DNA of 64,000 nucleotides, from the NCBI GenBank assembly GCA_964492195.1, contig CAZBJL010000002.1, positions 25,472 through 89,471 on the forward strand, written 5' to 3'. Position 1 is the stretch's first letter. Each line of letters opens with the position of its first letter. The translations under genes and the position numbers were made by a program. Below the pieces are notes generated by a model. That model had not been told where the DNA came from. It made no database searches and worked only from the letters and a program-made list of their open reading frames with translations. Below are positions 19,736-28,429 of this stretch, one piece after another. The stretch comes from an uncultured Candidatus Saccharibacteria bacterium (GTDB lineage Bacteria > Patescibacteriota > Minisyncoccia > Phycocordibacterales > DATGWK01).

Positions 19736-20452
19736 ATGATTTATTTTGTTACAGGCGATGGTCGCGAAAAAGTCCAAAAAACTACACATGGACTTGTTGA
19801 AGCATTGCAGAAAAAGCGTCCCGACGCGCTCGTCTTTCGAATTGGGGAAGGTGAATGGGACAAAGACACCTTCAACGGTATCGCATCTGGGCAGGGCCTT
19901 TTTGAGAAAAAATATATTATCGTTCTTGATTCTGTTTTTCAAAACGAAGACGCGGCAGAGTACCTAAAAAGTATTCTTGGAGATTTACGTTCGGCTGAAC
20001 ACGCATTTGTAATTTCCGAACACGCACCAAAAGCTCCGATCAAAAATGCAATAAAGAAATTTTCAGAAAAAGTATGGGAAGTTGCAGAAGCCGAAAAAAT
20101 TTCCAAAAAAGAATTTAATATTTTTTCATTAACAGACGCATTGGGCGAGCGAAACAAAAGCCGACTCTGGACGCTTTACCAGAAGGCGATTATGGATGGA
20201 TCCGAACCAGAAGAAATTCACGGCATTTTATTTTGGCAGGTAAAAAGTCTCCTTGCTGCGGCACAAAGCAAGGATGCAGCGGAAGCTGGGCTTAAGCCAT
20301 TTGTGTGGGGGAAAGCGCGAGGATTTTTAAATAATTATTCGCTCGATGAACTCAAAAAGATATCGAGTAACATGGTGAGTTTGTATCACAACTCGAGACT
20401 CGAAAGTGTGCCACTCGAAGTTTCACTCGAGGAGTTTGTGTTAAGTATTTAA
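19736..20452 (+). CDS. holA: DNA polymerase III delta subunit (short form)
   Basis: 'MIYFVTGD', 'GLFEKK', 'NIFSLTDAL', 'KPFV..K'; follows polA. Confidence 0.75.
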   Translation: MIYFVTGDGREKVQKTTHGLVEALQKKRPDALVFRIGEGEWDKDTFNGIASGQGLFEKKYIIVLDSVFQNEDAAEYLKSILGDLRSAEHAFVISEHAPKAPIKNAIKKFSEKVWEVAEAEKISKKEFNIFSLTDALGERNKSRLWTLYQKAIMDGSEPEEIHGILFWQVKSLLAAAQSKDAAEAGLKPFVWGKARGFLNNYSLDELKKISSNMVSLYHNSRLESVPLEVSLEEFVLSI

Positions 20453-20575
20453 AATCTGAACTTCTTAGATTTGTAAGTTTATTTCTAATCCGTTACAATT
20501 TCGCAGGAAATAGGGTGTCTGGCGCGTGCCGGGTATTTCCTTACATGGCTCTTTAAAAGAAGGATGAGGTGAACA

Positions 20576-21121
20576 GTGAGTGCAATCTCTACTGTGGAGT
20601 CTGGGCCAAGAGCCGTTCAGTCACTCGGTTGTTTGAGGCAGGTCACGGGTGCAGAGAGGGTGGTCATTCCAGCTTTTCGGAGCACACGAACAATCGCAAG
20701 TGCGTTTCCGGAAGTTTTCAGTTTTGTGGCGAATGATTTTTTGCGTCCTGACGTGAACATTCCGCTCGAGGTGAATTCTCTCGACACGTCTGTTCGGGTC
20801 TGTGAACCATTTCGTGAGTGCTCGTTCGAAGAGATGTTCGGTGATTTCAACCCCGCGAGATACGATGAACTCTGCCTTTCGCAGGCGCACATCGTCAATT
20901 TTTTCCTTATTCCTGGTGTCGAACAGTTGTTGGCCAAGGTGGAGCCCATCACGTTGTTCCTTTTGAAGGTGGAAGACAGCTTCTCGGTTGTGAAGGTGTG
21001 TACACTTCCGAGTCGCAAACAGGAGGCGTCGATGTATCCACTCTCGCTTCTTCGCAACTGGAAGAGGATCACACAGATTCGAGTCGTCGTTCCGTGCTCG
21101 TTGTCGCCAGTTCCGACTTGA
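20576..21121 (+). CDS. ORFan hypothetical protein
   Basis: SD GAGGTG before GTG; TTGTAA-17-TACAAT promoter at 20471-20499; terminator 21128-21157. Confidence 0.55.
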   Translation: MSAISTVESGPRAVQSLGCLRQVTGAERVVIPAFRSTRTIASAFPEVFSFVANDFLRPDVNIPLEVNSLDTSVRVCEPFRECSFEEMFGDFNPARYDELCLSQAHIVNFFLIPGVEQLLAKVEPITLFLLKVEDSFSVVKVCTLPSRKQEASMYPLSLLRNWKRITQIRVVVPCSLSPVPT

Positions 21122-21127
21122 TCGTTT

Positions 21128-21157
21128 AAACCCCCAGACATGTTCTGGGGGTTTTTG
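21128..21157 (+). terminator. Intrinsic terminator
   Basis: AAACCCCCAGA-CATGT-TCTGGGGGTTTTT. Confidence 0.75.
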
Positions 21158-21247
21158 TTATGCCGGATTCTATTTTTAGAGTAATATGGCCTAGGAAAAA
21201 TGAATAGCTGTGTGCTGTTCGTGTCGATCTTTAACAAGGAGAATGAG

Positions 21248-22336
21248 ATGCGTTTTCTACTATCGCTGTTTGTTGTTTTGTCTTTCGTTATTCAACCAGC
21301 TTCAGCTCAAAGGTATACGGTGACCGATTTGGGAACACTCGGGGGTGGTTCTAGTCGAGCTACTGGAATCAATAATTATGGGCAGGTTGTTGGGTGGGCG
21401 AATACACCCAATGGATTTCAGCGGGCGTTTTTGTACACGAACGGTTCAATGCAGAATCTTTCACTCGGCGGCGCATCCAGTGTTGCTAATGGAATTAATG
21501 ATAATGGACAAGTTGTCGGACAGTCCGAATATGTTAATGGTTTTGGTATTAAACACGCTTTCCTGTACTCTTCCTCAAATGGTGCAATGCTTGATTTATT
21601 TGCTTCATCTGGCAATTTAATTAACGGTTACAGTAGTGCTGAAGCGATCAATAATAATGGGGAAATAGTCGGGTGGCATTTTCGAGGTGTTGAAGTTCAT
21701 CAAGCCTTCAAATATTCGGCTGGGGTTTTGCATGACCTAGTAACTCTTACGGGCTCTGGTCCAGGTTTTAATGGAAGTAAGGGGATCAACGATGTTGGTG
21801 AGGTTGTGGGCTATAGCTGGGCCAGTGTCGATCCAATTGTCAGCCACGCATTTCTTCATGTTGATGGAGCGGCGCGTGATTTGGGAACCCTCGGTGGTTC
21901 CTTTAGTATTGCTGTAGGAATTAATCTCACCCGACAAATAGTTGGGTGGTCTAACACTACAAATAACGTCTCTACTCATGCGACGCTCTGGCAAAATGAT
22001 ATGGTACGAGATCTGGGAACTCTTGGAGGGGATTATAGTTACGCAAACTCAATTAATGTAGGTGGGCAGGTGGTAGGTAGTTCTTCAAGAGCTGATGCGA
22101 CCTATCGAGCTTTTGTGTATCTAGATGATCAAATACAAGACCTGAATGATCTGATTGACCCTAATCTGGGTTGGACTCTGCTCGATGCAACTTCTATAAA
22201 CAACTCCGGTCAAATTGTTGGTTATGGAACAAATTCATTGGGTCAAGAACATGCGTTTCTACTCAATCCTGTTCCGGAACCAGCGACCTTGTTGTTCGTT
22301 ACGTTCCCTCTTCTTATTTTTCGGCGTCAACGATAA
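21248..22336 (+). CDS. HAF-repeat extracellular protein with PEP-CTERM sorting signal
   Basis: Signal peptide (ASA|Q), repeated 'DLGTLGG..S.A..IN..GQVVG...HAF', C-terminal 'VPEPATLLFVTFPLLIFRRQR'. Confidence 0.9.
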   Translation: MRFLLSLFVVLSFVIQPASAQRYTVTDLGTLGGGSSRATGINNYGQVVGWANTPNGFQRAFLYTNGSMQNLSLGGASSVANGINDNGQVVGQSEYVNGFGIKHAFLYSSSNGAMLDLFASSGNLINGYSSAEAINNNGEIVGWHFRGVEVHQAFKYSAGVLHDLVTLTGSGPGFNGSKGINDVGEVVGYSWASVDPIVSHAFLHVDGAARDLGTLGGSFSIAVGINLTRQIVGWSNTTNNVSTHATLWQNDMVRDLGTLGGDYSYANSINVGGQVVGSSSRADATYRAFVYLDDQIQDLNDLIDPNLGWTLLDATSINNSGQIVGYGTNSLGQEHAFLLNPVPEPATLLFVTFPLLIFRRQR

Positions 22337-22360
22337 TTGTTCTGTGTGTAAAAATAAACT

Positions 22361-22390
22361 AACCCGGCGATTACATCGCCGGGTTTTTTT
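22361..22390 (+). terminator. Intrinsic terminator
   Basis: AACCCGGCGAT-TAC-ATCGCCGGGTTTTTTT. Confidence 0.8.
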
Positions 22391-22473
22391 CTTTACTAAA
22401 TTTTTAATAGTAGTTTTTACCTCGTGTCGTCACGGATAATTTCCTCGCCGACGCCCTGGATTTTTCTTGCTTG

Positions 22474-22546
22474 TCCGCCCAGCAGGATTCGAACCTGCGA
22501 CCAAGTGCTTAAAAGGCACCTGCTCTACCAACTGAGCTATAGGCGG
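22474..22546 (-). tRNA. tRNA-Lys(TTT)
   Basis: CCGCCTA/TGGGCGG acceptor stem, anticodon loop CT-TTT-AA, GGTTCGAATCC T arm; no encoded CCA. Confidence 0.95.
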
Positions 22547-22581
22547 ATATTTTGTGGTTTTGTGCGCAATTCCTCCTGTAA

Positions 22582-22605
22582 CTACCAAAACAGCTATAGG
22601 CGGAT
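22582..22605 (-). repeat. Degenerate copy of the tRNA-Lys 5' end
   Basis: ATCCGCCTATAGCTGTTTTGGTAG vs tRNA ATCCGCCTATAGCTCAGTTGGTAG, 57 bp upstream. Confidence 0.8.
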
Positions 22606-22687
22606 TGTTCATGTCTACACCTTGTAGACGCTCCGAAAATATAACGGAATAAAGGCGAAAAGTAAAACGCTACTCACTGCGGTCGAT

Positions 22688-23092
22688 TTACAACGGCAAA
22701 TCAATTGCGAGCGAACCTGCTCCGAGGAAAAGGAGAGAAAGTCCGATTACTGTTACCAAAACAGCAAGCCAAAGTTCCTGAAAGGGAATTGTGGTGCCGT
22801 TCGTGCGTTTTTTAAACCATTCGACCCACACAAAAAGGAGAGCGAGAATGCCTGCGACTTGGGTAAAAAGACCAACAAATAAAAGTACGCCGATTATAAT
22901 CTGAATTTTTGCGAGAATGGCAGCGACGGTGTACGTGCCGAGTTTTTTATTTACCCAGAGCGCATTCCATCCCATGCTGTCTTCTTTGTGACGGCGGATG
23001 CCCTGCAAAACAAAAAAACTACCGAGCGCTATTCGTAAAACGAAAGGGGCGATGAGGGAATAGGTGAATAAATCTGGAAAAATTGAAAGCAT
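22688..23092 (-). CDS. DoxX family membrane protein
   Basis: 'LRIALG..F..G', 'GLFTQ.A', 'GAGSLAID'. Confidence 0.8.
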   Translation of the reverse strand: MLSIFPDLFTYSLIAPFVLRIALGSFFVLQGIRRHKEDSMGWNALWVNKKLGTYTVAAILAKIQIIIGVLLFVGLFTQVAGILALLFVWVEWFKKRTNGTTIPFQELWLAVLVTVIGLSLLFLGAGSLAIDLPL

Positions 23093-23135
23093 GGAAAGAG
23101 TATATCATTTTCCTTTAAGAGTGTACTATGCCCGT

Positions 23136-23615
23136 ATGAAAAAGAGTCAGCCAGCGAGAATAATCCTCCACGACATCCGAAGTTCCCACAATGTGGGGTC
23201 TATTTTCCGTACGGCGGATGCGTTAGGCATTGAGAAAGCATACCTCACTGGTTTTACGCCGGCGCCACAGGATCAGTTTGGTCGGGACAATAAAGAGATC
23301 ATAAAAGTTGCACTGGGCGGAGAAAAGTCAGTTGCATGGGAAGCAGTAAAAAATATTGGCACAGTTATTAAAAAATTAAAAGCAGAAGGGTTTAGAATTG
23401 TCGCAGTTGAACAGCATGCGCGGTCAGTGGATTATAAAAAGTACAAAATATCTAAACCGACTGTATTTATTTTTGGAAATGAAGTTAATGGCGTGCCAGA
23501 AAAAGTTATTTCACTTTGTGACGATGTGCTTTGTATTGATATGAAAGGGAAGAAGGAGTCGCTTAATGTTTCGGTGGCGTTTGGAATTGCTCTCTCGAGA
23601 ATTTTGAATTTATAA
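23136..23615 (+). CDS. SpoU/TrmH family RNA methyltransferase
   Basis: 'IRSSHNVGSIFRTAD', 'FGNEVNG', 'ESLNVSVAFG'. Confidence 0.93.
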   Translation: MKKSQPARIILHDIRSSHNVGSIFRTADALGIEKAYLTGFTPAPQDQFGRDNKEIIKVALGGEKSVAWEAVKNIGTVIKKLKAEGFRIVAVEQHARSVDYKKYKISKPTVFIFGNEVNGVPEKVISLCDDVLCIDMKGKKESLNVSVAFGIALSRILNL

Positions 23616-23617
23616 TT

Positions 23618-24562
23618 TTAATATGTGTACGTATCAACCACTAACCCTGCATTGTCGAGGAGTTGGATGTTGTCTCTTTTGCTAAGCCAGAGAAGTTTTG
23701 TGTGGCCTGCATAAAATCTCCATTCGTGGGTCAAAAAATCTCTGTCGTATTGATGATTCGCAACACAGCTTCCGTAATTTACTTGGGTTTCGAGAAAATC
23801 TTCACACGAACGACTTAAATCTTCAGGAAAATCGTTGTCATCGGGAATTTTGCATCGAGGAAGATTGTCGATGTAATCGAGGCATTCATTATCTATTGTA
23901 TTTGAAAGTGCGGGAGCGTCTTCACTCACTTCTGGACAAGAACTTTGTAGCGCAGGACGAAAGTTTCGTATTTCTTGGAGATAGCCAGCGCATTTATTTA
24001 TTCGAAATGAAATACCAATTGGAGAACGACCTTGCTGAACGATTATCTGTGAATTTCCCGCGACAACGATCGATCTTTCTATTTGAGAATTTACACCAGG
24101 AATATTTACTGCATTACCGATCACAATCTCACTTCCTGTAACGGTGCTTCGCAATCTCCAGCCAGAAAGCAAAAGTTCTTCGCCATCGTTGAAGTTTGTG
24201 TCTAAAACAATGTATTCATTCAACGAACCAGCCTCATTTACTTCAGAAATTGCTACTTTGTATTTGTACGGCGAATCATATCGATTTTCTACATATTTTT
24301 GAACGTCTCTTGAGAGAATAGAAACCTGCTGTGAAATGTCTTCGACTTGCTGTGCGGTGTCGGCTCTGCTTTGGCTGGAAGAATTGTCGTTGATCGGCAC
24401 AATGAAGCCGTTTTCGTCTGTGTAGTGACCGAGGCCACTGTTTGTTTGATACACCGCAGTACTCGTCGCATAATATCCGGTGCCAAAAATCTTGCCGCCG
24501 GTGATGACACCGAGAACAATGAAAAAAATAATTATTAAAATTCCGAGAGTGTCGCTACTCAT
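23618..24562 (-). CDS. Membrane-anchored secreted protein with split lamin-tail-like domain and Cys cluster
   Basis: N-terminal TM; 'EYIVL...LSGWRL', 'W...D.I.LLD..G.VVD.Y'; six Cys. Confidence 0.55.
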   Translation of the reverse strand: MSSDTLGILIIIFFIVLGVITGGKIFGTGYYATSTAVYQTNSGLGHYTDENGFIVPINDNSSSQSRADTAQQVEDISQQVSILSRDVQKYVENRYDSPYKYKVAISEVNEAGSLNEYIVLDTNFNDGEELLLSGWRLRSTVTGSEIVIGNAVNIPGVNSQIERSIVVAGNSQIIVQQGRSPIGISFRINKCAGYLQEIRNFRPALQSSCPEVSEDAPALSNTIDNECLDYIDNLPRCKIPDDNDFPEDLSRSCEDFLETQVNYGSCVANHQYDRDFLTHEWRFYAGHTKLLWLSKRDNIQLLDNAGLVVDTYTY

Positions 24563-25509
24563 TTATTTTTGCGAGATTTTTTAACAGCATCTGTTTTGAA
24601 AAGTGTTTGATGCTTTGGGCAAAAATGGGCACTTCTGCCGCCGATCTTCGCTCTTGCAATTATGCCTCCACAGCTCTTCCGAAAGCAAATCTCGCCAGTG
24701 TGTCTGTATGCATGATGTTTGTTTTGAAATTCGCCAGGAGTTCCTTCGATGTTTCTGTAATCAGAATCCGAATCACCGCCAAAATTTATTCCTTTTTCTA
24801 AAACTAATTTCATTTCTTTAAAAAGTGATTTCAGAAATGGTTCCGGAACATCAGCCGGAGCCGAAAGGGGATGAATGCCTGCTGTCCAGAGCATTTCATC
24901 GGAATAAATATTACCGATGCCGGCGATCACGTGTTGGTCCATGAGAACTGATTTTATCGGAGCGTGAGGTCTCTCAAGGATTCGCACTTTAAATTTTTCA
25001 AATGAGAAATCTTTTTCTAATGGTTCTGGGCCAAGAACAGAAATATCTGGCAACATGCTAAGTTCTTTTGTCGGAAAAATAAAAACTTTCCCGAACTTTC
25101 TTAAATCCGAAAAAACTAAATGTTTTTTATCCGACAGTGTAAATACAAGCCTGATGTATTGGTTAAACGGATCTCGAAGCGGACCATCGTTCTTCGCATG
25201 CCATTCATTTTTATGTGTATCGAATGTGTAAGAACCGTAGAGCAAATGCCCGGTCATCTTCATGTGAACGAGAATAGTGTGATGGTTTGAAAGATGAATG
25301 AGAATGTTTTTGCCTCGACGTTTGGCCTCAAGGAACTTCGCACCAGAAACCGCTTCGCGAAAATTTTTAAAATAATGAACGTTTTTTATATTTGATTTTC
25401 CTTTATGAAATGGACTGTTGTAGCTCGACCATACATCAGTGATGGTTTTGTTTTTGAGTTTTTGGTTGAGGCCCGTGACAGTTGTGTGGACTTCTGGGAG
25501 TTCTGGCAT
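24559..25509 (-). CDS. mutM: Formamidopyrimidine-DNA glycosylase
   Basis: 'MPELPEV', 'RRGK', 'HMKMTG', 'GIGNIYSDE', C-terminal zinc finger. Confidence 0.96.
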   Translation of the reverse strand: MPELPEVHTTVTGLNQKLKNKTITDVWSSYNSPFHKGKSNIKNVHYFKNFREAVSGAKFLEAKRRGKNILIHLSNHHTILVHMKMTGHLLYGSYTFDTHKNEWHAKNDGPLRDPFNQYIRLVFTLSDKKHLVFSDLRKFGKVFIFPTKELSMLPDISVLGPEPLEKDFSFEKFKVRILERPHAPIKSVLMDQHVIAGIGNIYSDEMLWTAGIHPLSAPADVPEPFLKSLFKEMKLVLEKGINFGGDSDSDYRNIEGTPGEFQNKHHAYRHTGEICFRKSCGGIIARAKIGGRSAHFCPKHQTLFKTDAVKKSRKNK

Positions 25510-25629
25510 GCGGTAAATGTAGCTTCAAGTAGATATAAAGTAAATATTCAGATAATTCATTGACCTTCCTGGCTCCGCATGACAGTCTTAAAAGAGAAAC
25601 GTGTAAAAATATTTTTGAGAGGAACCACA

Positions 25630-25740
25630 ATGAATGAACGCTATTGGTATAACGGTCGAGTCGCTGGGATCATGTACGGCTTCGTCGTTTTCGGAAGTAT
25701 TATCGCTCTCGTTATCCTTTGTATTGTAAAAGCAACATGA
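25630..25740 (+). CDS. 36-aa single-TM microprotein (not in ORF track)
   Basis: MNERYWYNGRVAGIMYGFVVFGSIIALVILCIVKAT; SD GAGGA; hairpin/T-tract downstream. Confidence 0.45.
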   Translation: MNERYWYNGRVAGIMYGFVVFGSIIALVILCIVKAT

Positions 25741-25772
25741 CCTCGTACCGCTATGCATCTGTGTAGCGGTTT

Positions 25773-27029
25773 TTATTTTCCAAATTGCTTTTCGAGTTCT
25801 TCGCGTGCAACTGTCGCATCACTCCACGGAGTTTTTTTGCCATGAGCTTCCATAATGTATGGGTCAGTACCTTTGCCGGAAATGAGGACAACGTCGCCAG
25901 CGTGTGCGAGCGAGATCGCTTTTGCAATTGCTTCACGACGATCCATGATTATTTCGCAGGGCTTTTTTGTAATCGCTACGCGCATTTCCTGGATGATTTT
26001 TTGTGGATCTTCGTCGTACGGATCCTCGTTGGTGAGAATGATGTGGTCACAATACGTGTCAGCAATTTTTGCCATTTCTGGACGTTTCCACGTGTCTCGG
26101 CCGCCGCCTGTATTGCCGAGCACACCAATCTTTTTTTGATTCGGAAAGGCTTTGTAGAGTTTTTCGAGTGAGTCTGCGGTGTGAGCATAGTCGACATACA
26201 CACCAAAATTTTGACCAACGTCAATTTTTTCAACACGTCCGTCGATACCCTTTATATTTTCAATTCCTCTTTTGATTACCTCGTTTGAAATTCCTAATGC
26301 TTTGGCGAGTGTTGCAGCAGCGAGCGCATTATATATATTGAAAACACCGATGAGTTTCGGTTCCATTTTTGTGTTATTGAAAGTGAAGAAACTATTTTTC
26401 TCGTCGGTGGCGTATGGCTCGGCATGTGTAAGAGAGTATAAAATTTTTGTAGGAACTTTGAGGTTGAGAAAGAGGGAAGCGTTCGGATCGTCACCGTTTA
26501 CCACCATTACTTTATTCGGTTTTTTAGATGATTCGATGAGTGTGCCGATCGAAACTTTTGCTTTTTTATAATTTTCATACGAACCATGAGACTCGATGTG
26601 TTCTGGTGAAAGGTTCGTAAATACAAATGCGTCGAGATCGATCCATTTGTGTCTGAATTGCCGCGCGCCTTCAGAAGTCATTTCAACAATTGCATGAGTG
26701 CATCCAGCTTTTTTTGCTTCAGAAAGAAAATGTTGAATGAAAAAGCGTCCCGGCATCGACATTTTGTAGAGATTTTTTTGTGAATTGTCACCGATTTTAA
26801 ATCGAATCGTATTCGACACAGCTGTTTTGTGACCGGCTGCTTCGAGAATGCTGTTGATGATTTCTGTCGTACTCGATTTTCCTTTTGTGCCTGTAACGCC
26901 GATCACATAAAGTTTGCGGGAAGGGAAGCCATACACGACTGCGCCGAGAAGAGCGATGCTGTAGTGGTACATTGGTTGGAAAAATCTAAATACTCGTCTA
27001 GGAATAATTTTTTTGAGAAATTCAGTCAT
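25773..27029 (-). CDS. murE: MurE-type Mur ligase
   Basis: 'GVTGTKGKSST', 'EMTS', 'FTNLSPEH', 'VDYAHT', 'EDPYDE', 'GKG'. Confidence 0.9.
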   Translation of the reverse strand: MTEFLKKIIPRRVFRFFQPMYHYSIALLGAVVYGFPSRKLYVIGVTGTKGKSSTTEIINSILEAAGHKTAVSNTIRFKIGDNSQKNLYKMSMPGRFFIQHFLSEAKKAGCTHAIVEMTSEGARQFRHKWIDLDAFVFTNLSPEHIESHGSYENYKKAKVSIGTLIESSKKPNKVMVVNGDDPNASLFLNLKVPTKILYSLTHAEPYATDEKNSFFTFNNTKMEPKLIGVFNIYNALAAATLAKALGISNEVIKRGIENIKGIDGRVEKIDVGQNFGVYVDYAHTADSLEKLYKAFPNQKKIGVLGNTGGGRDTWKRPEMAKIADTYCDHIILTNEDPYDEDPQKIIQEMRVAITKKPCEIIMDRREAIAKAISLAHAGDVVLISGKGTDPYIMEAHGKKTPWSDATVAREELEKQFGK

Positions 27030-27031
27030 TT

Positions 27032-27607
27032 TTATTTATTACTACCCAAAGATTTGAGCGCCTTTTTAACTTTGTCTCCAGCAGAAATATTTTCTCCAGA
27101 AAGTTTTTTGAGGGCTTCGCGAGCTTCGCGTTCAGAATATCCGAGCGATTTGAGTGCCTCGAGAGCGTCTGTCTCGCCACGGAGATCTTCTTGTTCGGTT
27201 TCGCCGTATACAGAAAGTTTTTCTTTGAGTTCGAGGATTATTTTTTCAGCGAGTTTGCGGCCGATACCAGAGACTTTGGTGAGGTAGGCGAGGTCGCCAG
27301 AAGACACTGCTCGGCGGAGTGTTTGTGGGCTTGCGACGTTTACGATACCGATTGCAGTTTTGGGCCCAATACCCGAAATATTTATCAAAAGTTCAAAAAG
27401 ACTTAATGAATCTTTGTCAGGAAAGCCATATAAATCAAGGGCATTTTCGCGTACGGCCAGGTGAGTCCAAAACGAGGCCGTGGCGCCTTCTGTGGCACTG
27501 TGGAGCGCTTCATCGGTGGTAAAAACCTTGTATCCAACGCCTCCAACGTCCAAAACACAGAATCTAAGGGCTTTATCGATAACCTTTCCGTGGAGGTGTG
27601 AAATCAT
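27032..27607 (-). CDS. ruvA: Holliday junction DNA-binding protein RuvA
   Basis: Starts MISHLHGK at 27607; 'GGVGY', 'LYGF', 'SGIGPK', 'ALKSLGY'. Confidence 0.96.
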   Translation of the reverse strand: MISHLHGKVIDKALRFCVLDVGGVGYKVFTTDEALHSATEGATASFWTHLAVRENALDLYGFPDKDSLSLFELLINISGIGPKTAIGIVNVASPQTLRRAVSSGDLAYLTKVSGIGRKLAEKIILELKEKLSVYGETEQEDLRGETDALEALKSLGYSEREAREALKKLSGENISAGDKVKKALKSLGSNK

Positions 27608-27668
27608 TGGGGAATCATAACAAAATTTGTCACTAACCGCGACATGTGTTAAAGTACCCGACACAAAT

Positions 27669-27947
27669 ATGCCGATCACAGAATCAGCCAAAAAAGCCTT
27701 AAGAAATTCTCGCCGAAAGCGAGGTTTTAACATGGCTCGAAAAACAGCACTTTCATCTTCTATTAAGAAATTTAGAAAGCTTGTTGTTGCAGGCAAAATC
27801 GAAGAAGCCAAGAAAATGGTTCCAGAAGTTGAACAAGCAATAGACAAGGCAGCAAAAACTAACCTCATTAAGGGAAACAATGCGAGCCGAAAGAAGGCCC
27901 GACTTGCTGCGTATCTCACGAAAAGCGCAAAAGCAAAAACTAAGTAA
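27669..27947 (+). CDS. rpsT: 30S ribosomal protein S20
   Basis: 'MPITESAKKALR', 'IDKAAK..LIKGNNASRKKARL'. Confidence 0.95.
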   Translation: MPITESAKKALRNSRRKRGFNMARKTALSSSIKKFRKLVVAGKIEEAKKMVPEVEQAIDKAAKTNLIKGNNASRKKARLAAYLTKSAKAKTK

Positions 27948-27948
27948 T

Positions 27949-27977
27949 AAAAAACTCCCTAGTCAGGGAGTTTTTTT
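27949..27977. terminator. Bidirectional intrinsic terminator
   Basis: AAAAACTCCCT-AGTC-AGGGAGTTTTTTT. Confidence 0.85.
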
Positions 27978-28001
27978 GATTCAAAAAGGAGAGTGAAAAA
28001 A

Positions 28002-28169
28002 TTAGCGTCCAATGAGATCGAGCATTTGTCCGGCCATGGTGACCCAGATGATGTGGGCTGCAGCTGCACCAACGATAAAGCCAGTTAATGAAGAGGCGAC
28101 AGTTCGGCCGATTTTCATCGGATACTCTCTCTGTTCTGTGGAAACGAAATCTCTAAAAATTTTTTTCAT
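28002..28169 (-). CDS. 55-aa membrane microprotein (not in ORF track)
   Basis: MKKIFRDFVSTEQREYPMKIGRTVASSLTGFIVGAAAAHIIWVTMAGQMLDLIGR; converges on the rpsT terminator. Confidence 0.55.
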   Translation of the reverse strand: MKKIFRDFVSTEQREYPMKIGRTVASSLTGFIVGAAAAHIIWVTMAGQMLDLIGR

Positions 28170-28227
28170 ATGTTATGTATAGCTGATAAATACTTTAGGT
28201 ATTATACATCATAACATTTAGCTACTA

Positions 28228-28242
28228 TATGCCCTCGGTAGG
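28228..28242 (-). repeat. Copy of the tRNA-Arg 3' end (att-like)
   Basis: CCTACCGAGGGCATA vs tRNA CCTGCCGAGGGCATA, 68 bp downstream. Confidence 0.7.
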
Positions 28243-28297
28243 CCGCGAGTACGCGGTCGACCCTTACAGGGTCAGTACCCATGTCTCTCACAATCTA

Positions 28298-28369
28298 TGC
28301 CCTCGGCAGGAATCGAACCTGCATTTTGAGTTCCGCAAACTCATGTTCTATCCATTGAACTACGAGGAC
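28298..28369 (-). tRNA. tRNA-Arg(GCG)
   Basis: GTCCTCG/CGAGGGC acceptor; anticodon arm TGAGT-TT GCG GA-ACTCA; GGTTCGATTCC. Confidence 0.92.
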
Positions 28370-28429
28370 GATAAAAACTACACACGAATGAACTTCGACA
28401 ATGTACTACAAAAGACGCCCCTAATCCAA

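Noticed and set aside
22474-22605. Intron-containing, split or permuted tRNA to explain the 5' ghost copies
   Set aside because: The downstream tRNAs are already complete, and the spacers are far too short for group I introns and show no clear BHB motif
27608-27919. Apparent ~100-aa N-terminal extension of RuvA in the ORF track
   Set aside because: It is the antisense shadow of rpsT; RuvA homology starts at MISHL (27607), with a -10 box just upstream
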